A DNA stretch of 63,123 nucleotides, filler included, from Conidiobolus incongruus B7586 (taxonomy: Eukaryota): assembly GCA_000697335.1 (NCBI GenBank). It is 14 parts of 14 records of this genome, joined end to end, with 100 filler letters (N's around TTAATTAATTAA, not from the genome) between each part and the next. Parts side by side here need not be neighbours in the genome. Positions count along the whole stretch, not along the records: positions 10,401 to 14,921 come from JNEM01000408.1; positions 15,022 to 20,169 come from JNEM01000409.1; positions 20,270 to 25,426 come from JNEM01000410.1; positions 25,527 to 29,944 come from JNEM01000411.1; 10 more parts are not named here. One strand, 5' to 3'. Below, piece by piece: positions 13,216 to 26,235 of this stretch. Position 1 is the first letter of the stretch; each line of letters opens with the position of its first letter. A model generated the notes under the pieces. It was not told the DNA's origin. It made no database searches and saw nothing but the letters and a program-made list of their open reading frames with translations. Both the position numbers and the translations under genes were made by a program.

Positions 13216-15315
13216 CAAATTTATTATTAAATTAATTTTTACTTCTTTTAAATATTTATACATTTTCAAATTTATTCTGAGATTTTTGATTATATGAAAA
13301 CTTTATTTTGGCTCATTTAGGATTCAATATTTAAATTGTATTAAGTATTTTATAGATATTTAAATATAATTGATAATAATGTACTTATTATATTTTGTAT
13401 AATAACATTTTCCTATTTAATATTAATTGATATAAAAATTTAAAATGGTCGAATAGTCATATAACCTATTATTCTTAATTTTGCTTGTAATGCTATATTT
13501 TACTAAATATTTACAATCAACTCATATTATAAAATTATATTGTAATTAATTCTCACATATTAAACACTATCAAAATTATAGTTTTAATAATTAATGTATT
13601 ATTTAACTGGATTTAAAATTTCGATAATTTTTATTTTTCCTGGAATGACAAATTCAAGTATTGGTGTGCTCTTTGAAAAAGTATCCCTGAAAAATTAATT
13701 CAATTATTATTTATAGATTTTTTCATTTTCTCAAGTTTGTATTGAATATTATAAAGTCATCTTATATCATAATCAGTTTGACCTATTATCAGATCCCTTC
13801 TTGTAACATTATTGAATTTGATTTTACATAATTATCATATTTAATCTTAACAAGGTTCAAATTTGATGAATATTAAATAATAAAATTTCAAATCAGTTTT
13901 TTAAATATATACAAATTTCAGATTATTTGGAATATTATTCTCTCTAACTTGATAAATTTAAATCTATTAATAATTATACCAATTTCAGATAAATATATTT
14001 CAAATTCTATATAAATTCATAATTCACTTCAATATTATAATATTTTTATTTAATTTTATTTAATATTTTAATCGAGTAATCATTTAATAAAATTATTTTT
14101 GATTCATGTTAACACTTTGTCTATTGAATGGTTCAATGTGTACTGTATACCACCTACAGTTACTCTTAATATTTTTGTTTCAATTATTTTTATTAATCAC
14201 ATTTACAAGTCTTAATTTTTCATTTAATATATTCCCCTAGTGTCTGCGCAACAACAAATTTCCTATCAAATAAAGAAACACAAATTATGATTATTGGTGA
14301 ATTTAATATAAAATATAAGCCTAGTGATTAGATATAATAATTAACATTATTAACAATATTAGAGATTGATATTATGTTTATAGATGCTATCCAAATCTGA
14401 TATTTAAAAAATTATGAAAATTATAACCGTATATTACTCAATATTATTATTAAATATATCACTAATTAATCACAAAAGTATTTATTAAAATAATTCAGGA
14501 AATAAAATAGAAACTTTAGAAATATTAGGTAAAGTAATATATGAATTTTCCCATAGAGTTAGTTATAAAGAGCACAGTTCCATTAGTATAGGTGCTAGTC
14601 AATAATAATAATATAGCTGTCCAGGCTATTTTTCAGCCTATAGAATCAACAACTCAAGCCTAATTATTAATACTATATTTTTATTCACTACTATATTAAA
14701 GTTAATTATAATGAAATAATAATTAAATATTTAGATATTGAGTGACAAAGTAAATTTAAAAATAATATTTTCATAATAAATATATAGTTTAATATAATAT
14801 TTTTTAATATAATTTCAGTTTAATAAAAATTAAGAAAAAATATAATATATTAGATTTACTGATAATAATTTTTTTATTTTTTTGTATTTTAAAGATTAAT
14901 AAATAATATATTATAATAATTNNNNNNNNNNNNNNNNNNNNNNNNNNNNNNNNNNNNNNNNNNNNTTAATTAATTAANNNNNNNNNNNNNNNNNNNNNNN
15001 NNNNNNNNNNNNNNNNNNNNNAATATTTTATATAAGAAAATATTATCCAGTTTGAATTAAGAAATTTTTATTTCATTAATTATTTTAGCAATAATAATAA
15101 TAATAATAATAATAGTAAATTAAATTGAAAACTAGGTTCAGTAAAAAATTAGTAACTATTAAAATTAATAAATATTAAAAATTTAATTGATTTTACATAA
15201 ACAATTATAATTAATTTCATACTTTTAATTCAATATATATATAAGGAAAGTAGCATAAATTGAAAAAATAGATTTATTCTTATAGAGTATGTGTTATATT
15301 TGGTAATGAAATAGA

Positions 15316-16314
15316 TTAATAGCATTCCAATCCGGTCACAGTGTACTTCTTATTTACTGAGTCTGGTTTTAAAATGATATTGAGACGAGTAGATCTGAAA
15401 TCAAGAGTAACTGGCATGGATCCAATAAATCGAGTTCCCTTAGGTAAATATTTGGCATTGAATTCGTATCGGCCTAAGCTGAACGTTTGAGTAGCTTCAT
15501 CATAAGTACTTCCTAGCAAATACATGTATCTCCTCTTAAAGCATGTATCGTTGTTGAACCATGGATTTAGACGATATCTGGATGGCATATTTTGTGATTC
15601 ACCAGGGTTGCTAAACTGGCGATTATCTGTTTCTGGGAGACCAAATACACTAGGAGGATCAACAATCAATTGCTGTGACTTTTTACTAGCATCATCTGGA
15701 CTTAGTGAATCGAATCCAAGTATATCAAATCCATCTGTGCTGGATTCATCTTGTTTAGAATCATCTTGATTTGTTAATTGCTGTGACTGGAATATAACTG
15801 GAGAATCTACAATTATTTGAGGTGGCTGTTCACTAGAGTCATCTGGACTAGGCCATGGTTTGGCTCCAAAATCATTAAAATTTTGGATATTGGGCTCAGG
15901 TTGACTAGACAAATTTGAATCAGCTAATGGCTGGGAGTTCAGTTGAGTTGGGTTGAAGAAATCGGGTTCAAAATCATTTGAATCACCTGAGTTGGCTTGT
16001 TGATTATTTTCTAATTCTCGATTGTCTGCTTGAAAAGATTTTGGCTGTAGATTGAATGATGATACACGAGGGTAATAATACATATTTGGATTTGAAGCAG
16101 GGTTTATAGTTTGAAAATTGGGTGACATAGATTGGGGATTATCGAAACTTGCTCTATCATCAGACCATTCCCACCAAAACCAGGGGAAGAACCAGCCCCC
16201 TCTGTCGTCGTCTGCTTTAGAACTATCAACTGTTGGAGAATATTGGCCTGGTTCGGAAGGTTGTGCCAAAACTGGCAGAATAAATGCAATCAAGTTGAAA
16301 GTGCTAGATTTCAT
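15316..16314 (-). CDS. Secreted protein (about 332 aa): signal peptide, acidic Q/P/S/N-rich linker and C-terminal peptidase inhibitor I78/potato-I-like domain
   Basis: Likely start is MKSSTFNLIAFILPVLAQ at 16314, with TATATAA about 55 nt upstream. The C-terminus C...YLLG...LPKGTRFIGSMPVTLDFRSTRLNI...LECY matches the R.i....vT.Dfr..Rlni motif. Confidence 0.75.
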   Translation of the reverse strand: MKSSTFNLIAFILPVLAQPSEPGQYSPTVDSSKADDDRGGWFFPWFWWEWSDDRASFDNPQSMSPNFQTINPASNPNMYYYPRVSSFNLQPKSFQADNRELENNQQANSGDSNDFEPDFFNPTQLNSQPLADSNLSSQPEPNIQNFNDFGAKPWPSPDDSSEQPPQIIVDSPVIFQSQQLTNQDDSKQDESSTDGFDILGFDSLSPDDASKKSQQLIVDPPSVFGLPETDNRQFSNPGESQNMPSRYRLNPWFNNDTCFKRRYMYLLGSTYDEATQTFSLGRYEFNAKYLPKGTRFIGSMPVTLDFRSTRLNIILKPDSVNKKYTVTGLECY

Positions 16315-19300
16315 GATGATAGTTATAGGTAGTTGAATGGTAACTGCAGGAGCAAAATACATACCCATATTATATACTAATCGAAAAGTATAAACGGCTT
16401 TTGTTTCTTGATAATTAATTTTTAATTGAGATAATCTAATATGTTTCAATTCTAAAAATATTTTAATCAATCTAATGCCTAACTCAGTGTAACTCATTCG
16501 TGAATCATTGATATTAGCGAATCGATTATTGTAGACTAATAAAATTAAAATAATTTTAACTCATTTAATTGGTGATTTGATACATAATTTTATTAATTTT
16601 GAGTTATTTAAAAAATTTTTGCAACAAAGTATTGTTGTTAATTTCATGTAAAAAGGATGATCAATCAAAGTCGCATTGAATTTTGATTTTAATTATATAA
16701 TTTCAAAATTATATTTCCTGATAATAAAAAAAATATATATATATAATATTTTCAAGGGACTAAGGCTTTTTGTAGCAATTGATAACTACTATTTAGTATA
16801 GATATTATTGTAAAGACCTATATAACTTGAATCTTCAAAATTTTTGGAAATTCAATCAATACGCTTTAAATATAATCTTTCGAGTCATGATTTAGAACGC
16901 TTTTATAATTTCTTGTATAAGGAGGATGATAAAGCCGTGTAGTGAATGCTGATAAATATTAACTCAAATACTCATTGTTAGTAATAATTATATTTTACAA
17001 CAATTATTTTAATATAAATCATTTATAATTTAATAATAATAAATAACATAAAATTGCCAATTTAATTTTGGAAATGATTAATAATAATCAGTTTAATTGT
17101 GGATTTGTAGTCACATTAATTTTCAAAATCTATAATAATGACCACTATATAATTTATTTGATAACATTTTGTATTATAAACTGGATAAATAATCAAAATT
17201 TTCAATTGACAATTATATAATTTTATCTTAATAATATATAAATTAAAGAAAATAAAAATGGTTATATTTTTAATATTTTAAGTTCAAATAATCATACATA
17301 TCTTTGAATATGACTACAAGGTAGCTATAATGAAGTTATATGAATGAAACTCAAAGCAACCATCTTTGTGTGTAATATATTCAATAGTTGATCTAATGTA
17401 TATTTAATGGACAATCACTCTGTTAAATTATATTACAATGCTACTCCAGTATTTTAAAATATTTGCTGATCTTGACTAAAACTGACACCTTGAATCTTAG
17501 AACTGATCAAAGTTTAAGATTAACAAGCATTGATAATATTTGCTTAAATACTGGGAACATTATGCTTAAAACTTTTTACACTGAAACTATTTCATATTGG
17601 ATATTTTTGGGCTAGGCTTAGCTTTACTATCCTGAATTACTGTTTACTTTCTCGATAACTAAAAGGTGGGCCTATTTATCAATATCTTAATGTGGTATAA
17701 TATGATTCGGTAACTTAGCAACCTGCTACAATTGAATTACTGTTAAAATAATTTAAATCATTGAAGTTTAAAGACATTGATATATCACCAAGTTACAATT
17801 ATTCTTGCATTTTTCAACAAAAAACCGTTTGTCTACTAATTTACGAAATACCATTTCTTCATATCTTGGCTAATTCGAAAAAATATTGTAGAATCCAGAA
17901 GCAGGCTATTGAACCTACAGTATCTTGGAAATTTACCAACACTATTTATTAATAACTATTTCAGTTTCATAAATGCTTATAAAATTCGAAAAACTGGTTT
18001 TTTAAAATATTAATCCGTATTAATTTGATTTAAAATATTTAATTGTACTAATTTTAGAAATCAATTCACAATGTCTGGAATGTTGATCAATTTAATTTTT
18101 GTAATATTATATAATTAAAATATTTTAACTTATTTTTGATATCTGGTTTACAATTCATATATCCATCCTTAAATATATTAAAAATAACCTGAACAATAAA
18201 GACTCTTTTTTTACAATGAATAAATGTAAATTATAAATTAAAAAACAATATAATTGTCAAGGAAATTAATATCTCAAAACTATTTTTTAAATAATATAAA
18301 TTTATAAAATTATTAAACAACTGTGATTAGATTAATAAATGAAAAGTTTATTGAGTTATTAGATTATGTTTGACAGTATATTATACTTCATTAATGGAAA
18401 TTGTATATTTTACTGCTTATTAACAATAAATTAATAATTGAAAGAGTTATAAGCTGTTTTATTAATTCCAAAAAAAATCTAGCATACTATTATTCACTGA
18501 AGATATCAAAAATGTGCAGGTTGTCAATTAATGCTAATAAAATCATCATATTTTGAATCCTTGCATGTGACGAATTTTCAAATTATTAGATTATGTATAA
18601 ACGAGTTAAAGATGATCTTTGATATTATCTGCACAGGTGACATTTTTGGTGGGATTATGAATATTAAGCCTGGGATAAATATATTAAATAAACCCATTTT
18701 TGTGCATTTTTTTAATCAGAGAAAGAACTTTTTTCTATTTAAAATTGGAAATACTGATTCAATCTGTCACTTCATAATGAATCAAAAATAATTATCTAAA
18801 ATGAGTCATCCACTTTTATCAAGTATAAAATACCTTAGAATAAATCAATGAATATAGCACATACACTTACTTAGCAACACTATTCACGAAATTTTATTGG
18901 TTGCATAAAAATTTTTAAAATTTTTGGTATTTAAAAATATTGCTTAATTTGATATTAAATAATAGTTAAAAAATAGTTTTTGAAAATTTAATAAAAATTT
19001 GTGATAAATATTAAAAAGATATCAATTTAAATTTGAAATCAATTAACTAGGAGCTTTTGGAAAAAAAATACTTTGTTAATATATGACTAATTTCAAATAG
19101 ATAATATTCCAGTTAGATTGAATAAATTTATAACTTTGAAGTTATAAAATTGCTAGTACCTGATATAGTATATAATAATATTATAGTTATTAATGAAAAA
19201 TTTAATTTGAAATAAAATAGACAAGGTTATAAATATAATATCAAAGTTATGATATTTAAACTAGTAACTTTTTATTATTATTTTCATAGGTGAATTATAT

Positions 19301-21019
19301 TATAGATGAAATGTCATAAGTTAAGGTAAACTTTTATATTTAGTAACCTTGTAGTTGATTAGTGTTATAAGATCAGGTGGACACCCATAGAAAGTCAAAA
19401 TGAAAAATATTAAAAATATTAAAAAATATTCCCTTATTAATTATACATCAATATTTAATAAAATTTTCTTTGAAATTTAAAATATATTTCATCTTTCCCA
19501 AAATTCCCATTAGTTTTTAGCATATTTATTAATATTTAGTCAAGGCTTACATAAATTGTCACTGATAATATTAATATTTTGCTATTATTTTAATATAATA
19601 TTTAATTTTAATCAATACAATACTAGCTGCACTATTACTAAATTTGTTCAGATATGAATAATTCTAACTATGTGCTTGCTTTTAAAATACAAAAATAAGT
19701 TAGAATCCTATCAAATAAGCCTAAATATTAAGATAAAGCTAAAAAAGTTAAAATCATATCAACTCTAGGTGAATTCAAGTTTGATTTACTATTTTATATC
19801 TAAAATATTTTAAGTAAAAAAAATCCAACCGAAAAAAAATATAAAATAATAGTTTCTTAAAAAATAAAAATATTTTAAAATATTAATTTAATATCCAAAA
19901 ATTATTCTTTAATTATTAAACCATTTGAGATATTAAATGAAAAATTGATTTCAAAGAGTCAGTAGTTTAAAATCTTTTAAAATATTAGTTTTGAATATAC
20001 TTTTCTGAATTTATTTTAATTTTAATAAAATTAATTCTTAAGTTTTTTATTATATATCTTATTTATTATATTATTCATTTAATTTTATATTTTATATTTT
20101 TAAAATTCTTATTTAAGCTTAATATTTATAATTCAATTAAAAAAATTTATTTTTAATTAAATTAATATANNNNNNNNNNNNNNNNNNNNNNNNNNNNNNN
20201 NNNNNNNNNNNNNTTAATTAATTAANNNNNNNNNNNNNNNNNNNNNNNNNNNNNNNNNNNNNNNNNNNNTAAATTATAAATAAAAATTAATTATTTTAAA
20301 GTTTAATTATTTATAAATAAAAAATAACAATTTATATTCAATCTAGAGTTAATAATATTATGTTTAATCCATAGTGTTGTATTTTAAATTTAATCATTTA
20401 TTTTATTATAATAGTTAAACCAATATTATTTCTAATTTAATCTGGCTTTGTCAGTCTATTATTAAAGGATATTTTTTGTTCACTTTGTTTTCTTTATTAG
20501 ATTATATTCAAATCACATATTATTCATTTAAATAACTATTTAAACCCAAAAAAGATAGATAGAAGAAGAAAATTTTTGTTCCCTTTGGATATTCTGCTAT
20601 AATACCTTAATAGTAAGTTTCAAACCTATAGTCCCAATATATTAAAGAGCAAAATCAATAAATAATTTACTAAATCATATTTTGAGTACTTTTCTAGCTA
20701 TTACCTATATTTATAAAACTTAATATAAAAATACAATAATAACACTTCAAATAATATAATATTATTTTTTTATTAATATTAATTAATATTAATATAAAAA
20801 TATATATTAAGGTAAAAATAAAATAAATAAAAAATATGATATTTTAATTGGTTAAAATATATATCAATATTTGATATTAAATAATTATATTTTTATTAAT
20901 ATATAATTAAATTAAACAATAAAATTTTAATTATTATATTCAAACTTATCAAAATTAAATTATAATTTTGATAATATATTGAACAAAAATTATATTTAAT
21001 AAGTAGCAAAATTAATATT

Positions 21020-21215
21020 GTCAGATTTCAAAGCGCTACCCTTGATATTATTTCAAAACTCCGGTTTCTATTCTATAAGGTGGGTGTACATTAATTGACC
21101 ATTATTTGCGACACATGTTGTAATATTGATCAGTTTTAATGACTAAATCCAATGGCTTATTCCAAACACCATATTAGCCAATAAACCTCAAAACACTTAT
21201 CAACTATTAAAGAGC
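21020..21215 (+). mobile_element. Degenerate dispersed repeat, copy 2 (homolog of 4328-4600, with an internal deletion)
   Basis: The + frame reads VRFQSATLDIISKLRFLFYKVGVH*LTIICDTCCNI. Synonymous pairs versus copy 1: GTG/GTC, CAG/CAA, AGT/AGC, GAC/GAT, TCC/TCA, AGG/CGG. Confidence 0.5.
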
Positions 21216-22301
21216 AATATGTAAAAATTTGCATGAATAAAATATTGTAACTTAATGAATAATTTAATCAAAATTACCAACTAATTAAATTTAAAAATAA
21301 TTTTTTTTAATTTTAGTAATAAATTTAATTATATTAATATAATTTGGATACTTGGTATAAAATTATTAATAACTAGCCATATTTATTATATTAAAAGATA
21401 TATATTTATTTCAATATAGCTTTTGTATTAATTGTGCAAATTGTTTCAATTTAGTTAGTTGATTATTATTAATAAACTTAAATCATTTTTTGATATTTAA
21501 AGGATTGTGACTTGGCAAATAATTAACTAATCTTAAGAACAAATAAATATCATATGTCAAATTATATATGATTCATTAGATATTATCAATATAAAAAGAA
21601 TCAATTATAATCCATATTAGTTTTATAAAACAATTATTGAAATTATCCATTTTTTTAATTTTTTAAATTTCTCTATTTAAAAAAAGGACAAAATAAAAGA
21701 AAAAAAAATATAAAAATTAAATAAAATTAATATAATACAAAATTTTAATTTATTTTAACAAAAATAAAATTTTTTTTTAGGGTAATAATTCATATTATTA
21801 ATAAAATATCTTAAATTAAGGTTTAAAATTGTTATATATATATATATATATTTTCAAAAAATAAATATAGAGTTTAAAATAAAAATCTAGTTTTTATTAT
21901 TATTATTAGTGTTAGAAATTGAATCATTTCATGATATGATTTTTGTTTAAATTATAAAAGAGATTTCCCAAATAGAATATCTCTTGTATAGGAAATTTTT
22001 TTTTTCGAATTTATTGAATAAAATCAAGTGGAATGAAATCATAATATATTGTTTCTAATCACTATCACTATGTTAGCAATATGGTTTAATGAATAAAATA
22101 GTTATTCTTTTTGTATCGTTTATTTATTACCATAATTAGGGTTAGTATTGGAATTAATCGTTCGTTCTTTCGTTAGTTAGTCGTTATATGAAATACATAG
22201 TCGCGGATTTTCGAAGGTGAAGTAGGTGGGGGGATGGAGAAGAGAAGTCGGAGTTAAATATTACAGAAATTAAATTTAAAGCACAGCTTCCAACTTAACG
22301 T

Positions 22302-22478
22302 TTATAATATCACTTGATTGTTGTCTGGATTGTTAGTGAGTATCGCATCGGGTTGGTGGGATAGTAGACTGGGCATACATGGGGTACGATCATATTGATC
22401 GGAGGAGTGAGTATATGATATAGTTTCAAAACGACTAAATCTAACGGACTTGGGGGAGGTAGAAAGAGTAGCTTCCAT
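22302..22478 (-). CDS. 58-aa micropeptide carrying a PP1-docking module (KSVRF...TISYTHSSDQYDR)
   Basis: ATG at 22478. RVxF motif followed by a T[Y/H]S..[E/Q]YDR segment like those of Bni4/neurabin-type PP1 regulators. GC-richer island; TATA box upstream. Confidence 0.65.
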   Translation of the reverse strand: MEATLSTSPKSVRFSRFETISYTHSSDQYDRTPCMPSLLSHQPDAILTNNPDNNQVIL

Positions 22479-22585
22479 ATTGGTCAATATAATCGTTGAA
22501 TTAATTGTAAAGTTTAGAGCTCAGCTCAGTCAGATTTTTGGAGTGAATGCACAGCAATATTTCTAAAGAGTCGGAGGTGATAGGG

Positions 22586-22593
22586 CTTTTATA
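22586..22593 (-). promoter_or_regulatory. Putative TATA box (TATAAAAG) of the micropeptide gene
   Basis: Consensus TATAAAAG inside GC-richer flanks, 108 nt upstream of ATG 22478. Confidence 0.5.
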
Positions 22594-25500
22594 CTGAGAT
22601 CAGGTTTGTGATATCTAAAGGGATTGGAGGATTAACAATTTAATTTGATTGTGTGGAGTTTCTTTCAAATTTTAGGAAGTTTTACAGTTGTTTTCATTTT
22701 GATTTTTCCATTTCAATGACCACGTTTGCTGAATTCCCATTGGTCTATTCTGAATATTTGTAGAAGGAGTTGAGGAGTGGTACGAAAGTTCCTCCAATCA
22801 ATTAAATTTTGAGGAGTTTATATGAAATCAGTTTGTTAGATCTATAACAATGATTTCATCTAGTTCGTTATCCAACACTGTTAAAAGTTTGAACTTTGTA
22901 TAATTTATCATTCTTAACGTCCATATTATTACATCATCGTTTATATTCCTATTGATCAGTTGTTCAAATTTCATACACTAATTAAATGAGCAAAAATTGA
23001 TCTCGCAATGAAAAAAAATAAAAGATCCAATATTACATTAGCAGATAATAAAAATAGATGAAATACACAGCATGCTAAGAATAGCTAAAATAATATTTCC
23101 AAAACAACGCATGGCAATAAGACAGTTTGAATAGTAAAAAATCCGGATTATATCTTGTTTATTTTTTACCAAAACATTAATTCAGCCAATTGGCTTTTTA
23201 AAATTAATCAAAATGCAACAATCTATCTAAAACTCGAGATTATATTTTGTTCATCACACAATAATTCAGGATAAATCTTCTGCTATCAATGCTAATTTGT
23301 AATTAATTTTGACATTTTTTATAATTTTAACTAAGTATTTAGATGATTTAATTGTGGTTCTTCGAGTAATTCAATACATTTAGTCATATATTAAATTTAT
23401 TGACTGTTCAATTTTAGAGATACTTGAATCCTATTAATTTCCGTAAATTTATTTAACAAATTCAAAAAGTTTATTAACTGCAAAATAAAGAAAAAATTTA
23501 TGAATAAACATTGTTTAAATCATATTAAAACATGCTAAAGTTTCAAAAATATATTAATGATTTAATTTTGAGTAGTAATAATAACAATTAAAAATTAACT
23601 ATTAATGATCAATCATTCATTACTAAGGATTATGATTACTAAGTTATAATTCGTTACAAATGATGAAATAATATTAATTTCTAATACATATCCTAGTCAT
23701 GATATTTGCTAATAATGATTATTTAAAAAATATAATATTTTTATTGAATTTAATATCAAATCATCAAAATTTATTAAATGTAATATTTCTAAAAATTGCA
23801 AAAAATAATTTTAATATTTTTTCAATCTGAATATTCTTAAGAATATAATGAACATTACAAGTAAACAATAATTTAAAATAGTGGATAATATATTATTGCC
23901 GATAGATAGCCAACAATGTTATTTAATATGCATATAATATTGTACGCATTATGGCATATTTATGAAGTAAACAAATAATACATATTAAGGTTCATTATAC
24001 AATTAATTAACCATTTCCCTAATATAATATAACTTTGGATCTGACGATATATTTTTTTCTAGAACATTGAAGATAGCATTTGGGTTGTTAAATGAGATAA
24101 GAACTTTCAATAAATATAAAAAATTAAAATATAAAGTATAATTAATATTTTATAATGATATAGATTTAACGATGAATATCTTGTTTCTAGATCAAATTTA
24201 CTCCTAGTTATTTTATTATTAATTAATTATTTAAAAAATAATTAAAATGAATAAATGCTAGTTTTAAATTATTAAACTAAATTAATTTTAAATATATTAT
24301 TAATAAATTATTTGGTTATTATTTTCCCTAAATTATCACATTTTGATAAATAAAAATTTTAATAGAAATATTAATTTAATTCCTTGATTAATTTCTGGTA
24401 AATTATTAATTAAAACGTGAAAGTACCAGAAAACTGAATATTTTTTAATTGGTAAACTGGAGTAATCTGGGTTTGACAATGGTGAGACTAATAACTCAGC
24501 AATGCTTTGGGAAAATTGGTTAATTAGGTTAAATATTGAGAATATTTCAAATGCAAGATTACTCAAACTGTATGCATAATATTTCTTGTTGAATATAATT
24601 TAAAATTATATAAATGTATCATCCTTGTTTTATGATATATATTATCGCCACATTTAGCCAAATTTGATAGTATTAAAAATATTGAATGTTAATTATTAGT
24701 TAATTAAAATGTTAAGTTATTCAGGATAATTATTTAGCGATTTTTTTATAATCATAATTTTAGTATTTTAATATTTGTAAGCTTTTAACAAATTAATTAA
24801 ATAATTTACTATATCATTTTCAAGCTCAGATGCTTTTAGTAATTTAAATATTAGAAACCCAATTAAATTTATAATCTTAGACATATTTAATGAGAGTAAT
24901 TATTTATTAATTTAAAATATTCTTGGATCAGTGAATAATTAAGTAATATTCATAAATTCTAAAACTTTAAGAATAATTAAATAATTTTGTTTTGATCAAT
25001 TGTTATAAAAAATTTAATTCAACATATATTTGATATTTGATTCAATTCGTATTAAATATCAATTTTGTATTGTTAAGTCTTTTATATATAATTATATATA
25101 TCAACTCTTTTTATAATTTGGAATGACTGGATTTTTAAGATACAAATACTATAACCCTATCAATTGAAAATATTTTATTTTTACAATATTTACCAATTAA
25201 ATTCTTATTATATTGGATAATAAATTATAATAATAAATTTAAATTTATTAATTCTAAAAAAAACTCTCTTAATCTTAAAATATTAATATCAAAAAATATA
25301 TTATTATATAAAATACAAAATAATGTATTTTGAATTTAAATTATAATCTAAAATAAAATTATCTAAAAATAAATAATTTTATTTCCAATTATTATTATTT
25401 TAAATTTAAAAAAATAGGAAATTTTTNNNNNNNNNNNNNNNNNNNNNNNNNNNNNNNNNNNNNNNNNNNNTTAATTAATTAANNNNNNNNNNNNNNNNNN

Positions 25501-26046
25501 NNNNNNNNNNNNNNNNNNNNNNNNNNTAATTTAATATAAAAAATATACAATTTTTATTTTTTTTATTCTATTAATTTATAAATTTATAAGTATATAACTT
25601 ACTATTATTAAAATTTAATATATTAGCCAGTAATATATTAAATATAATTGATTTTAATTTTATAATATATTTTAATTAAATATCTTAATTAAAATTACCT
25701 TAATTAAGAATTCTTTAAGTTACAGGTAAATATATATATGTAATCTTTATTTTATAACTCACTTTTATATGTTATTATATATAAAAATTTAAAAAACTAT
25801 TTTTTTAATAGATATATTAAATTTATACTTATTTAAAAAAGTGATATTTTTTATTTATATAAGATAATAAAAGAATAATATAAAAGTAATATATTAAAAA
25901 GCTATTAATCCTCAATATACACATGATTAACAATAGTATATTAATTTTCATTAAGTATAATATTTGATTTATTGATGTTGATAGAGACATATCATTTATT
26001 GATTATAATAATCTGGAAATCTTTGATATTAATTATCAAATATTTA

Positions 26047-26235
26047 TCACTTGTTGGCATTAATAGAGAGGGTCAAAACGGTCAGTTCACTGATCCTGGG
26101 GACGGAAAGTACTTCCAAGGCGAGCTGGACTAGCCCAGTCACACACATGACTAGTTGAGTAGCCAGCATGGTGCGCAAAATTAGAGAATACGTCACCACA
26201 TAGGGAACAATGACGATAAGTTGGCCTGAATTCAT
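26047..26235 (-). CDS. Possible 62-aa hydrophobic peptide (MNSGQLIVIVPY...) in an unexplained GC-rich island
   Basis: CAAAATG start context, upstream TATAAAAG at 26365-26372 and a possible short 5'-UTR intron. No recognisable family. Confidence 0.25.
   Translation of the reverse strand: MNSGQLIVIVPYVVTYSLILRTMLATQLVMCVTGLVQLALEVLSVPRISELTVLTLSINANK

Noticed and set aside
15524..16497. Overlapping small ORFs and the 60-aa N-terminal extension of the 393-aa ORF
   Set aside because: The small ORFs are shadows. The extension precedes a clear signal peptide and contains the likely TATA box.
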